Shown here: piece by piece, positions 9,411 to 19,044 of the stretch | Numbering within the stretch: the stretch's first letter is position 1 | Layout of the letters: each line of letters opens with the position of its first letter | DNA from: a virus | IMG/VR virus record: IMGVR_UViG_3300030333_004027 | Span: 4,087 to 68,086 of that record | Strand: one strand, 5' to 3' | Length of the DNA: 64,000 nt | The notes under the pieces: generated by a model | Told to the model about the DNA's origin: nothing | Database searches by the model: none | Seen by the model: the letters and a program-made list of their open reading frames with translations, nothing else | Position numbers and translations under genes: made by a program

Positions 9411-11000
9411 ATGAAAAAAATTGTAAAATGGACCATAGAAAACGAAGGAACGCAAGAAGTAAATAACGCATGGGAAGCCGTGCGACAAGTCGAAGAGCGA
9501 ATGATGGATGAAAAATTTATCAATGAATTGCTAGAATTTATTGATGATTACGACTTTGAAAAAATAATGTCTCCCTTAAGAGGTGTTTGAATGAGTGAAG
9601 TTGCTTTAATCATAAAAGAAATGCAAGAAGCCCGCGCCGATTGGCAAAGAATACTTGATAGGCGAAACGCCGAAGTCGCAAAGATGAATTTGACGCTTGC
9701 GAACAACGAAAGAAAGAAGTTATATACTAGTAAGATAACCCGAATACAGAACCAAAACAGGAGATGAAAAACAATGACAAGAATACAACATATGAGAACC
9801 AACGCCGGAAACCAAGCAAAAAACCAATTTGAGGTTTATGATGATGCGGGAAAGCATTTTCTATCATATAACTCAAAGATTGCGACCATTAAAGGAGATA
9901 CAGTTTTACTCTATGAACCATATTGGAATATGTTTTCACAGACTACAAACGGATATTTGCTCAAATTCCTTAACGAAGATAGCATTCAAGATATTCGCGC
10001 AAAGGTCAAGAGCGGAGACTATAAGGTGATTCAATGAGCGATTTCCATTTGAAATTTTACCAATGTCACGGATGCAACGGATTTGATAGATACGAAGAAA
10101 TCAAGATATGGGATTCAAAAAATCGGGGTTTTTGCACTAGAGAATGTCAAGAGGTGGTAGCATGAAAAAGACAATTCGCCGATGGTCGCCACACTTTGAA
10201 GAGTGGGAATATACGACTTTTTCTAACCTAAAAGAATATTGCGGGTGGTTGTTAGACGAATTGAACGCCCATACTAATTTTGATGAGAGATATGAAGAGG
10301 TGATTCAATGAGCGAAACTAAAACATGGGAGCGTGAAGAATTTATTTGGTTCCTAGAAAATACACTTATTCCCGACCTAAAAGAAAGTGGCCGACACGCC
10401 ACCGCCGAAGATTTTGAAACGGCGGTTTTCTTTATGAAGGGTGAAACCGTGTATGATAAGGTTTTATGCTCCCACGTTTTGGAGTATCCCGATGTTAGAA
10501 TTTTTGAGAGGTCGGAAGAATGACCCGCGAAAAAACCATAAATTCTCTAATGAGACTTGAAGCATCAGATTGGATTAAGGTCGCAACGACCGCGCTTGAG
10601 ATGGTGAACGAAAGACACAGAAAATATGAGGACTTGAAAGAAGCACTTGTCGGAGATAGTGACAATTTCACACATGACGAATTGATTGAAAAAATTCATC
10701 ATCTAGTGGATTTTGAAAGTCTAATAATAAATATGAGGTCGAAAGCATGAAGGCGAGAGTGACGATAGATGAATGGGATAAGAGTGGCCCATGTGTTACG
10801 GTCTATTACGAAGGATGCGAGTATGTTGGTTGCTTGAGCCTTTACAAAGATGCAAATGGAGAGGTGATTGAATGAGAGATGTTCGACAAGATATTGATTG
10901 GGCCATGAATTTTACATGGCAAGAGTTAGAAGAGTTTCTTTTGACTCAAAACAAAAATGATTTAGCGCACACACTCACAAATATTTTTAGGGGGTGCTAA
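9411..11000 (+). other. Operon of nine translationally coupled micro-ORFs
   Basis: ORFs 9411-9590, 9591-9767, 9774-10037, 10034-10165, 10162-10311, 10308-10523, 10520-10750, 10747-10875 and 10872-11000. Most have (G)AGGTG SD sites and ATGA overlaps; six are below the ORF-track length cutoff. Confidence 0.75.
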
Positions 11001-11256
11001 TTCAAAAATTATACTCGTAAGGGGCAGGGTTGAAAGCAAAATATACGCTTTCATTTATCGGATAACGGTGTTTACCTTCATTTTTTTCCGTTTGCTTTGG
11101 TTTTTTGTTCGTTGTTTCCCAACGCACCGGACCTGCCCCTATATTTTGAGCGTAAAAGTAATTTTTTTTATTTTTAGCATCAACACAAAGTATATATACC
11201 GCCAACCCTAGTCATATCGGTCGCGGGGTGCGCGGCGAAACGCTAAAGGATAATAT

Positions 11257-11291
11257 GACGCTTGCGAACAGGTAATAGAAGTATTAATATA
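11257..11291 (+). promoter_or_regulatory. GACGCTTGCG box plus TATA promoter
   Basis: Box at 11257, TTAATATA at 11284, ATG at 11313. Confidence 0.75.
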
Positions 11292-11312
11292 CTTGTAAAA
11301 GAACCCAACCTT

Positions 11313-12338
11313 ATGAGCAGTAATACAAATGGTTCAGTAGGCTTAACAACGGGATTGATTAGTGCGTTCAACCGCATTGGTCAAGAAGCAAAGGGCGAAA
11401 CAGGGCAAGAAATCCTAGAAAATGCAGGTATGGATTTCACGGTCGTAAAGTCACCCCTCTTTGATAGTAATGGAAACGCGATTAAGAATTGCGGATATTC
11501 AAGACTTTCAAGAGATGACACCGGCCAAACTCTAGGAGTCGTATCAAACAAGTATCAGGTTTATCAAAATCAGCAAATGATGGATTTGTTTGAAACAGTA
11601 TGCCAAAGCACCGGTGCAAAAATCGACCGCATCGGTATGGTAAACGGTGGACAGAAGGTTTTCATGTCATTTAGACAGCCCGAAGGATTTTCATTCGGCA
11701 ACGGTGAAGAAATTGACGCATATTGGTATATGATGAGTAGCCATGACGCTTCAAGCGGACTCAAACTTTTCCCTTCGCCGGTTAGATTGGCCTGTTCCAA
11801 TCAATTCGGGATGCTTAACTCATTCCTACAACGCAACGGAATTGACCCAAAGACTCTAACCATCAGGCATTCAAACCTCATGGATGTTAGAGTGGACCAA
11901 ATGCTTGACAATCTAAACATTATCAACCACCTAACCGAGAATTTCGTTAAAGAGGCATCGGGACTTATCAACATTGAAATGAATCAGGATGAGCGAATTT
12001 CCTACTACATAGATGTTCTAGGACTCAATCAGAATCCTGACATCATGGACCCAAAGAGCAAGGACTACGATGCAACGAATCCTTACGGACTCGGAACAAG
12101 AGCGAACAACACGATTGACGTTCTCATGGACCTAGAGCAGTCAGAAACTAACAACGTGGGCGACATGGCCGGCACAAGATGGGGCGCATTTAACGCCGTT
12201 ACCGAGTATATCGACCACCGATGGACTATGGACAAGGCCGGCAAGGAATTAGTCGCCAACGACAAGAGGGTTGAGTCGGCCGTTCTCGGTTCGGGCATGA
12301 GAATGAAGAACAGGGCATATGAGTTGCTAACGGTGTGA
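11313..12338 (+). CDS. DUF932 (LGT_TIGR03299) phage/plasmid-like protein
   Basis: AGMDFTV, LGVVSNKYQVYQN, SHDASS, SPVRLACSNQ, IRHS, GTRWGAFNAVTEYIDH and MKNRAYELL motifs. Start revised to the ATG 29 nt after TATA. Confidence 0.9.
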   Translation: MSSNTNGSVGLTTGLISAFNRIGQEAKGETGQEILENAGMDFTVVKSPLFDSNGNAIKNCGYSRLSRDDTGQTLGVVSNKYQVYQNQQMMDLFETVCQSTGAKIDRIGMVNGGQKVFMSFRQPEGFSFGNGEEIDAYWYMMSSHDASSGLKLFPSPVRLACSNQFGMLNSFLQRNGIDPKTLTIRHSNLMDVRVDQMLDNLNIINHLTENFVKEASGLINIEMNQDERISYYIDVLGLNQNPDIMDPKSKDYDATNPYGLGTRANNTIDVLMDLEQSETNNVGDMAGTRWGAFNAVTEYIDHRWTMDKAGKELVANDKRVESAVLGSGMRMKNRAYELLTV

Positions 12339-12345
12339 TATAATT

Positions 12346-12453
12346 ATGCCAAAACTAAACTGCGAGAAATGCGGTTATGGGATTCCCGCCGGCTCTATCC
12401 ACAAGGATAGGCCGTGCGCCCATTGTCGCAAATATGAATCGAAACTCCGATGA
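12346..12453 (+). CDS. Micro zinc-finger protein (35 aa)
   Basis: Manual translation: CEKCG...CAHC. Confidence 0.45.
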   Translation: MPKLNCEKCGYGIPAGSIHKDRPCAHCRKYESKLR

Positions 12454-12507
12454 CGAGTTTCGTAAGTAATTTAAGCACGAAGGCACGTTATAGAAGGAGA
12501 TGAAAAT

Positions 12508-12720
12508 ATGGAAATGTCAGAAAAACTAAGAAAGAAAGCACATGAAACAATGAAAGCCGGAGCGGAACACCGGAACCTATGGAACGAAGCAATAGAGCAA
12601 TTAGAAAGCGAGGGTTGGTATGAATTTTATGATGAGCATGAGATACCTGTGCCGCTCGATGAGTTGGCTTTGGCGGTCGCTTCCGTATGGGAAGAATGGC
12701 GCGATGAGGTGATTGAATGA
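12508..12720 (+). CDS. Hypothetical protein
   Basis: 70-aa ORF with SD, coupled to the next ORF. Confidence 0.65.
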   Translation: MEMSEKLRKKAHETMKAGAEHRNLWNEAIEQLESEGWYEFYDEHEIPVPLDELALAVASVWEEWRDEVIE

Positions 12721-13016
12721 GAGCGGGTTTTGGTATTCCGTGGGGTAATTACAGTCGTGAAGGCCGCAAGAGAAAGATAGAGGAAATACTTGTCAAGGGC
12801 TTTCAAGGAGTTTACACTCCCGAAGATGTAGCCAACATGATTTCTTCACAGAAGATGTTAATGTCAGGCGACCAATTGATGAGATACGGCGACCTAACGG
12901 GTGATATTCTCGCTTTTAGTTTAGGCGTAAAAAGACGCGAAATAGAGTTGGAAGAAGATAATGACGCTTGCGACCACGAAGAAGATAACTTAATAAAGGA
13001 GAATACCGAGGGGTAA
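12717..13016 (+). CDS. Hypothetical protein
   Basis: GAGGTGA SD; ATGA overlap. Confidence 0.65.
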   Translation: MRAGFGIPWGNYSREGRKRKIEEILVKGFQGVYTPEDVANMISSQKMLMSGDQLMRYGDLTGDILAFSLGVKRREIELEEDNDACDHEEDNLIKENTEG

Positions 13017-13018
13017 AT

Positions 13019-13366
13019 ATGGCAGTAAAAATAACCAAACTAGAAAAACAATTGCTACGTGATATTGCTTTGACTTGTCATTCAAGTGACGGACACGGCT
13101 ATACCATGTGGGTCGGGATAGGCTACGAAACCATGCCGATGAGACAAGCACGCGCACTTATTACTACGCTAAAAGAAAAGGGTGTAATTTGGCACGAACC
13201 CGCCGACCCTAGAGCCGGCTTCGACCATGCTTGCATAGGACCGACTAAAGATTTCGTGACAGGAGACAATTACAAACCTACCGAAAAGTATTACAACGAT
13301 TGGCCGTCTTGCCCGTTTGAAGATGGGGTTCACGGATTCAAGTATCAAAATTTGGAGTGGGATTAA
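13019..13366 (+). CDS. Hypothetical protein, possible winged helix
   Basis: ATG 29 nt after a TATA preceded by a GACGCTTGCG box (12963); contains 'RALITTLKEKGVI'. Confidence 0.65.
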   Translation: MAVKITKLEKQLLRDIALTCHSSDGHGYTMWVGIGYETMPMRQARALITTLKEKGVIWHEPADPRAGFDHACIGPTKDFVTGDNYKPTEKYYNDWPSCPFEDGVHGFKYQNLEWD

Positions 13367-13367
13367 G

Positions 13368-13628
13368 ATGGAACAATTACCTAATAGTGGAAACAGTCAG
13401 ATTGAATTAGATTTCGATAACAAGTATGATACATTCGATACAGGCGAACCTAGAGAATATGAAATCGTCAAGACGGTGACATTCACGACATACGTTCAAG
13501 CACATTCAGAAGACGAGGCCGAACAACTCGCATGGGATTGGGATGAAGTTGCCGGAACACTCAACGGTAAGAGACAAACCGCTACGGATTATAGTGTTTA
13601 TGAGATAGAGGTGTTTGAAGATGAATGA
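13368..13628 (+). CDS. Hypothetical acidic protein
   Basis: ATG 13368; the 'VQAHSEDEAEQLA' motif is common in small viral proteins. Confidence 0.65.
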   Translation: MEQLPNSGNSQIELDFDNKYDTFDTGEPREYEIVKTVTFTTYVQAHSEDEAEQLAWDWDEVAGTLNGKRQTATDYSVYEIEVFEDE

Positions 13629-13995
13629 AATCACAGACAAAGTTAGGATTCATTATTTGAGTTCAAATGCATTGGATAACATTAGTAATATGCTAAAACA
13701 ACAAGATGCAATTATCGAAGCGCAAAACGAACACATCAAAATCTTACAAGACCTTGTTGTTTCGCTAGGGGGGTTGCTACCATGAGTTTCCCTAAAGAAA
13801 TAAAGCACGATGGAATCGACTATTATGTTGTTGAATATTTAGGCGCAATAGGAGTGTATCATACTGATGATGAAGAAGCACCCGACCAAGTATTACATTT
13901 CTTTTTAGAAGAGGCTATGGAGAAGATACTATGAGTTTTATTTTTACCACAGAAATAATGTGGGAGACTTTTTACAATCAGGGGGAAATATATCA

Positions 13996-14421
13996 ATGAA
14001 TGATTGGCGTGACGAAATGGGTTTAATTCCCCGTAAAACTAAAGCCATGTGGGAATTGAATGGCTACTGTGCAAAGTGTGAGAAACCACACCCTAAGCAT
14101 AGCCAAGCCCAAAGAAGGAGACTAACTAATCATACCGTTAAATATTGGATAAACTTCTATGAGAATTTGATGGATAACGATGATGTGATTCGGTGTGCCT
14201 TTGGCTTCATGCCTTTTATTGACTCGGTGGCAGAAGGAGAATTGATTGATATGCCGGAGTCACCTTACGCCGCCGCACGACTGTATAGACAATCAGAAGG
14301 ATTACTTAGAGCAATCTATGGGTATTTCGGTATGGGTGGACTTGAAGAATCACTCAGAAAGTTGCAGTCTAATCCTATCTTCGACCCCGATGACGAATGG
14401 TGGTTTGAAAATGATTTTTGA
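13996..14421 (+). CDS. Hypothetical protein with a CxxC-H motif
   Basis: ORF-track 13960-14421, first ATG at 13996; contains CAKCEKPH. Confidence 0.6.
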   Translation: MNDWRDEMGLIPRKTKAMWELNGYCAKCEKPHPKHSQAQRRRLTNHTVKYWINFYENLMDNDDVIRCAFGFMPFIDSVAEGELIDMPESPYAAARLYRQSEGLLRAIYGYFGMGGLEESLRKLQSNPIFDPDDEWWFENDF

Positions 14422-14618
14422 GTTGATAAAGTGGTTTTCTTTTTGGGTAATATTTTTTTATATTTTTGATTGAGGTGAAATAAATGGTTGAAACTTTAGT
14501 GGCAATACTAATCCTGTTTGGGATATGGGTGTGGTTAGAAGATTCGTGGGCAAGACTCTAATGACGCTTGCGAGCAGTCAAACGACAGGTATATATAGTA
14601 GGAACGAGTAGTGATATT

Positions 14619-14972
14619 ATGGCAAAAACCAAGCAGACATTTAGAGTAGGACACACCTACTCAAACAAGCATAACAAGAGAGTGGCTACGGTGATAACAC
14701 ACGTAGTTTCCGATAGCGGAACCGACCTATACGAGTTGGGTCAAGGAGTGGACGGAACAAAGTTAGCAACGTGGTTTCACGATGGCGACTTTGTGGATTG
14801 GGATTATGTAGGTCTTTCTTTTCTGACAAAAGAAAGTGTGGACAGAAGAGGCCGACCCACCATTATCGCTGATACAGAAAGCATTAGACTGAACACCAAG
14901 ATAGCAATGTGGGCATCATTGACAGGGGGCGAAGGCGCAATAACATCATTGACAGGGGGCGAAGAAGAATGA
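14619..14972 (+). CDS. Hypothetical protein
   Basis: ATG 29 nt after TATATATA (14590), which follows a GACGCTTGCG box (14563). Confidence 0.7.
   Translation: MAKTKQTFRVGHTYSNKHNKRVATVITHVVSDSGTDLYELGQGVDGTKLATWFHDGDFVDWDYVGLSFLTKESVDRRGRPTIIADTESIRLNTKIAMWASLTGGEGAITSLTGGEEE
14914..14964 (+). repeat. 21-bp direct repeat, 30-bp period
   Basis: CATCATTGACAGGGGGCGAAG at 14914 and 14944. Confidence 0.9.
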
Positions 14973-15178
14973 GTTATAACCCTGAGTGGAATGATTACTA
15001 CATTTACCTAGAGGGCTTGAGACAATCAGGCGTAGTAAATATGTTTGGCGCAAGACCTTATCTAGCGAGTTATATGGAGATGGATGACGACCCACCCAAC
15101 CCTTCAACAGTATTGGCTTCATGGATGAAGAATTATGACGCATTAGTGGAAGACGGGGTGATAAGCCGTGACGAGTAA
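14969..15178 (+). CDS. Conserved small viral protein (DUF5049-like)
   Basis: YLEGLRQSGVVNMFGA motif. Confidence 0.65.
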   Translation: MSYNPEWNDYYIYLEGLRQSGVVNMFGARPYLASYMEMDDDPPNPSTVLASWMKNYDALVEDGVISRDE

Positions 15179-15389
15179 AGAAAAAATACTCGCGGTGGCG
15201 GCTCGCTACGAAGAATTAGAATTATGGCAAAATAAACTACTAGACGCAATTCATTATGTGCAAGAGGCCGAGCAAACGACCCCAACGGGTTTCGCATTCA
15301 GCCATCACGCTGAGATGGAAATAAGTGATTGCCTTTGTGAAGTCGAAGAGGCCATGCAAGAAATTGCAGATAAAATAGGGGCTTTGTAA
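15168..15389 (+). CDS. Hypothetical helical protein
   Basis: GTG start with GGGGTGA SD. Confidence 0.6.
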   Translation: MTSKEKILAVAARYEELELWQNKLLDAIHYVQEAEQTTPTGFAFSHHAEMEISDCLCEVEEAMQEIADKIGAL

Positions 15390-15770
15390 ATGGCAGACTC
15401 TAGGGTTAGAGTCACTAAAGGTGGCTTAAAAGTAAAGCAACACAGGGCGTTGGCTTCAGTCGCACGTTATATTAATGACAAAAGAAACAAGTTGCGATAT
15501 TATCCTTCGACACAGGAAATTTGGCACTCGGTCACATTTCGCAACGGCAAACCAATCAAGGACAGAATGAAAAGCATTCATCAATTGGCTAGTCTAATGC
15601 GAGTCCACCCACATTTTGAGAGCGTAAGACAGAACAATGAAACACTATGGCGTTTACGAGATGACGACTCCTACCTACTAGGAGATGGCAACGCATATCC
15701 GCCCGAATACTACAGACAAAATTTAGGACAAAACAAAAAGGGTCAGAAGATTAAGAGGGATGTAGCATGA
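15390..15770 (+). CDS. DUF3860-like winged-helix protein
   Basis: PSTQEIW...SIHQLASLMRVHPHFESV...TLW pattern. Confidence 0.55.
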   Translation: MADSRVRVTKGGLKVKQHRALASVARYINDKRNKLRYYPSTQEIWHSVTFRNGKPIKDRMKSIHQLASLMRVHPHFESVRQNNETLWRLRDDDSYLLGDGNAYPPEYYRQNLGQNKKGQKIKRDVA

Positions 15771-15866
15771 GTGATGCGAATTGGCTTTATATCAAGATAG
15801 CCATTGTTTCTCTCGGTTCAATGAGTTGTTTCTTTTTGGCGGCTTACATTTCGGGGGCTTAGTATT

Positions 15867-16130
15867 ATGTCAAAAGAAATTAGTAAGAAACTTTACGGCA
15901 TACGCGATTACATCGTGCGAGGTAGTCAACCGTTCAACCCCGCATGGTATAACGAAGTCATGGATGACATAGATTCGATTTTCTTTTGGCTTGAAAATAT
16001 TGTCGAAGTCGAGGCGGGAAGGGAAGAAACAAACCCACTATTGACGGAGATTGGAAAACGCTTGCGTGAGGACAATAACAACATTAATATAGCAGAAACA
16101 TTTGAAAAGAACGCTAACAAAGGTGAGTAA
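15867..16130 (+). CDS. Hypothetical protein
   Basis: 87-aa ORF; its 3' part contains an AACGCTTGCG box plus TATA. Confidence 0.55.
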   Translation: MSKEISKKLYGIRDYIVRGSQPFNPAWYNEVMDDIDSIFFWLENIVEVEAGREETNPLLTEIGKRLREDNNNINIAETFEKNANKGE

Positions 16131-16132
16131 TA

Positions 16133-16360
16133 ATGGATAAAAACCGTGATACTGAGAAGAATAAATTAAGAACGTGGGTGCAGATTAACACCTCATCCGG
16201 CCTATCACATTTGAATGTGAATCACATCATCGCCATCTCGGATGGGTATGACAAATTCGGAGATAGATGTTGTGATTTGCACCTTGTGTCCGGCACAATC
16301 TTTACCATCAAGGGCAAGGATTTGGACAAGATAACCACACACATACAGGGGTGGAGATGA
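16133..16360 (+). CDS. Hypothetical small beta-rich protein
   Basis: AGGTGA SD; contains 'HLNVNHIIAI'. Confidence 0.65.
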   Translation: MDKNRDTEKNKLRTWVQINTSSGLSHLNVNHIIAISDGYDKFGDRCCDLHLVSGTIFTIKGKDLDKITTHIQGWR

Positions 16361-16659
16361 TGAGAAGAATACGAGCAAGAAGAGCAATCGCAAAGGTGCT
16401 ATTGGCTAACCCCAATGGCATGACCGCGCACGAAATCATAACTAAATTAGACCCAAAAATAACTTTGCATTCTATCGTGGATGCGAGGCACGTAAGCAAC
16501 CTGCTTCGTGGTGCTAAGGGAGTCCACAAGGAACCGAAGGGTGGGAAGATAAACAACACCCACGCACAACAGTCATGGAAGATAGACCACACAAGTTCAT
16601 ACAAGGTCGCACTATATAGTGTGAGCGATGCAAACGCATTGAAGGAGTGGGTAGCATGA
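16357..16659 (+). CDS. Winged-helix protein
   Basis: RRAIAKVL...GMTAHEII...DARHVSNLLRG...LY pattern. Confidence 0.6.
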   Translation: MMRRIRARRAIAKVLLANPNGMTAHEIITKLDPKITLHSIVDARHVSNLLRGAKGVHKEPKGGKINNTHAQQSWKIDHTSSYKVALYSVSDANALKEWVA

Positions 16660-16805
16660 AGGCTTGCTATTTCTGTGGAGAACATGGGCCGAGTGACGGC
16701 ACTATAGCCTTGCAGTCCACCCCTTTTGGCTCAATCTGTAATTCTTGCTTACAAGAGGCAATATCCTTTTGGAAGCATCACTATGATTTGGGGTTGCTAG
16801 AATGA
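16656..16805 (+). CDS. Micro zinc-finger protein (49 aa)
   Basis: Manual translation: CYFCG...ICNSC; ATGA overlap. Confidence 0.6.
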   Translation: MKACYFCGEHGPSDGTIALQSTPFGSICNSCLQEAISFWKHHYDLGLLE

Positions 16806-16923
16806 AACTACCGCTAGATAATGAGGCAAAAATAATTACTTGTCATCAAACTTCTAAATATGAGATTAGATTAAGGGTTAAAATAAATGGCAAATTTTAT
16901 ACAGGGACTTTGGAGATGAGCGA

Positions 16924-17103
16924 ATGAATCCGACCTGCGTGCTATGTCAGAAAGAATGTGAGAATGAGTGGGGGAACAATCCCGCACCTATACTTCACAG
17001 GGATTTAGGTGTTTGTTGTGATGTTTGTAATATGACAAAAGTAATTCCCGCAAGATTATATGGATTAAGCAGAATCAAGATGAGAGTGGAAGAAGATGAG
17101 TGA
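16924..17103 (+). CDS. Micro zinc-finger protein (59 aa)
   Basis: Manual translation: CVLC...WGNNPAP...CCDVCN...VIPARL, a recurrent small viral protein motif. Confidence 0.7.
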   Translation: MNPTCVLCQKECENEWGNNPAPILHRDLGVCCDVCNMTKVIPARLYGLSRIKMRVEEDE

Positions 17104-17329
17104 GATAGAAGAAAAAGTTATAGAGAAAATAAGAATGAGAGCCGAAGTGGGTGAGAAGAAATACAACACCACGATGGAGAGGACTGACCTAACATACGAG
17201 GAATGGCTTCAACATTTGCAGGAAGAATTACTTGACGCTTGCGTATATTTGGAAAAGTTGATGCATTTGACGAAGTATGTTGGCATATCCCGCAAGATAG
17301 ATGACAGGGGGAATTTTCCATTACTATAG
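17096..17329 (+). CDS. All-alpha NTP pyrophosphohydrolase-like (MazG superfamily) small protein
   Basis: RAEVGEKKYNTTM...WLQHLQEELLDACVY contains an EExxD motif. Confidence 0.6.
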   Translation: MSEIEEKVIEKIRMRAEVGEKKYNTTMERTDLTYEEWLQHLQEELLDACVYLEKLMHLTKYVGISRKIDDRGNFPLL

Positions 17330-17355
17330 AGTATCACGAATATAGAAATGCCGAT

Positions 17356-17676
17356 TTGGGTGCGGTTTCATTAGATGAATTACATGAAATGTTTGAGGAT
17401 TTAGAGGCACTTTTTGATAAATTTGAAATAAGTCCTAGATATACCGGACCTTTTGACACAATGAGTGAAAGAATCAAGCATTTCGGGTTGCATGACAGTA
17501 GTTATGAGGTAAAAATAAATCGCTTGCGAACGCTAATTGAAAACAGTTATAAGTATATGACTCTAAACACGTTTAAGCAGAAGGTTCCTAGAGAAACACT
17601 ATTGCATTTCAAGGAAACTATGGCTGATGTGACTGCGGTTGTAAGAAACAACAAGGTGGAAAGAGAAGATGGCTAA
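17356..17676 (+). CDS. Hypothetical protein
   Basis: 106-aa ORF; TTG start uncertain. Confidence 0.5.
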   Translation: MGAVSLDELHEMFEDLEALFDKFEISPRYTGPFDTMSERIKHFGLHDSSYEVKINRLRTLIENSYKYMTLNTFKQKVPRETLLHFKETMADVTAVVRNNKVEREDG

Positions 17677-18400
17677 TTTTTTCGCTAAAGATTTAGAGTT
17701 AAAGTATGCCATGCCGGTGACACGGAGTAAAAATACTAATCAAGTTATAAATGCACCGGAAGTGCTATTCAGACTACGTGATGATTTTATTCTAATATCG
17801 GTTCATAGACATCTGTTTAAACTTTTGAAAGTAATAAATCCTGATAGTGAGTTTAATTTCAGCGATTATCTGAAAATTAAGAACGGAAGTGACCCCGAAA
17901 CACACGAAAGCAATTTGAGTGTTATGATACAGGACCACCTTGAGAATTTTCCAAATTCATTCATAGATACTGTTATGCTAAATAAAAGTCAGGTGACTTA
18001 TGTTCCGGCTTCGACATCATTGAAGAAAGACCTTAATTATTGGGATTGGGATAAGTCAGCATACGAAAATCAAATTGGAAAAGTGGTAAATTTTAGTAAG
18101 AACAACCATATTATTGAGGTAATAGTAAAGAATACCGCAAGTATTATAACTCACCGCTATTGCGATGAGGATGGTTTTACCTTGCAGTTGCAGCAACCGA
18201 GAATAGTGAACCAACACATTAATAAGTTAGACCTAAACAAAGAATTAAATTCACCGGCGGCGCAACAGAACGCAAGATTATGCAGGGAAAGTTTGCGTGA
18301 TAACAAACCAAGAAAGTTTAGCGACCTAGCAACTCTATCATTTAACGACAGAAATCTATTGGAAGAAGAAAGATTGAGAATGTTTTTAATGATTCAGTAG
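17669..18400 (+). CDS. Hypothetical protein
   Basis: 243-aa ORF with AGGTGG SD. Confidence 0.7.
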   Translation: MANFFAKDLELKYAMPVTRSKNTNQVINAPEVLFRLRDDFILISVHRHLFKLLKVINPDSEFNFSDYLKIKNGSDPETHESNLSVMIQDHLENFPNSFIDTVMLNKSQVTYVPASTSLKKDLNYWDWDKSAYENQIGKVVNFSKNNHIIEVIVKNTASIITHRYCDEDGFTLQLQQPRIVNQHINKLDLNKELNSPAAQQNARLCRESLRDNKPRKFSDLATLSFNDRNLLEEERLRMFLMIQ

Positions 18401-18615
18401 GCCACAAAATAAATTAATGGGGGGCAGTATAACGTTTTTTGTAATTCTTTATTTAGTTCATTAGTGTTTTTGTTAATCCCTTATCTAAAAATGTCTTTGA
18501 AGAAATAAAATAAATAGGAAACATTAGAGCAGTCAAGCGATTAATTAATTCTGAGAGCGACAAAAGGAATAGAAAAATAGATACCATTATAAGCGTGAAA
18601 GGTAAAGGTGATTGT

Positions 18616-19044
18616 ATGGGCAACGGAGCAAATGGAAATTATAGATTAGCAGATAGACTACACGCACGTATGTTAGATGTAGGGCCACAGACGGTAGCGG
18701 AATTGAAAGAGTGGTATAACAATGGTTTTCAAGAAGAGCAACGCAAGAGGGTAGCAGAACGCCGAAAGACAATATATAATTCGGCAAGTAGCAATCAAAT
18801 TACGGGCGTATTGATAAGAAGTCCACTATTTGCTAAAGCCGGTGAAACAATGATGGCTTACCCTTCGTGGACTCGTAAAGCAGCAAATATGCAAAAGACC
18901 AATGTGACTCTATGGGAAGCACTACCCGTTGCGATGGTCGTTGATAAGATGTTAGATGAGAACGGACAACTAAAGCAACACAGAATTAGAAAGAGTTTCC
19001 CGACAACTATTAAGATTGAGTTAAAAGAAAGGGGGTTGCTATGA
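18616..19044 (+). CDS. DUF3860-like winged-helix protein
   Basis: ATG 29 nt after TTATAAGC; GPQTVAEL...SSNQITGVLIRSPLFAKAG...TLWEA pattern. Confidence 0.6.
   Translation: MGNGANGNYRLADRLHARMLDVGPQTVAELKEWYNNGFQEEQRKRVAERRKTIYNSASSNQITGVLIRSPLFAKAGETMMAYPSWTRKAANMQKTNVTLWEALPVAMVVDKMLDENGQLKQHRIRKSFPTTIKIELKERGLL

Noticed and set aside
11002-11205. 67-aa minus-strand ORF
   Set aside because: TTG start, opposite to all neighbours, in a T-rich terminator-like intergenic region.
17234-17244. Additional GACGCTTGCGT box
   Set aside because: It lies in coding sequence (LDACV) with no TATA at +27/28, so it is probably coincidental.
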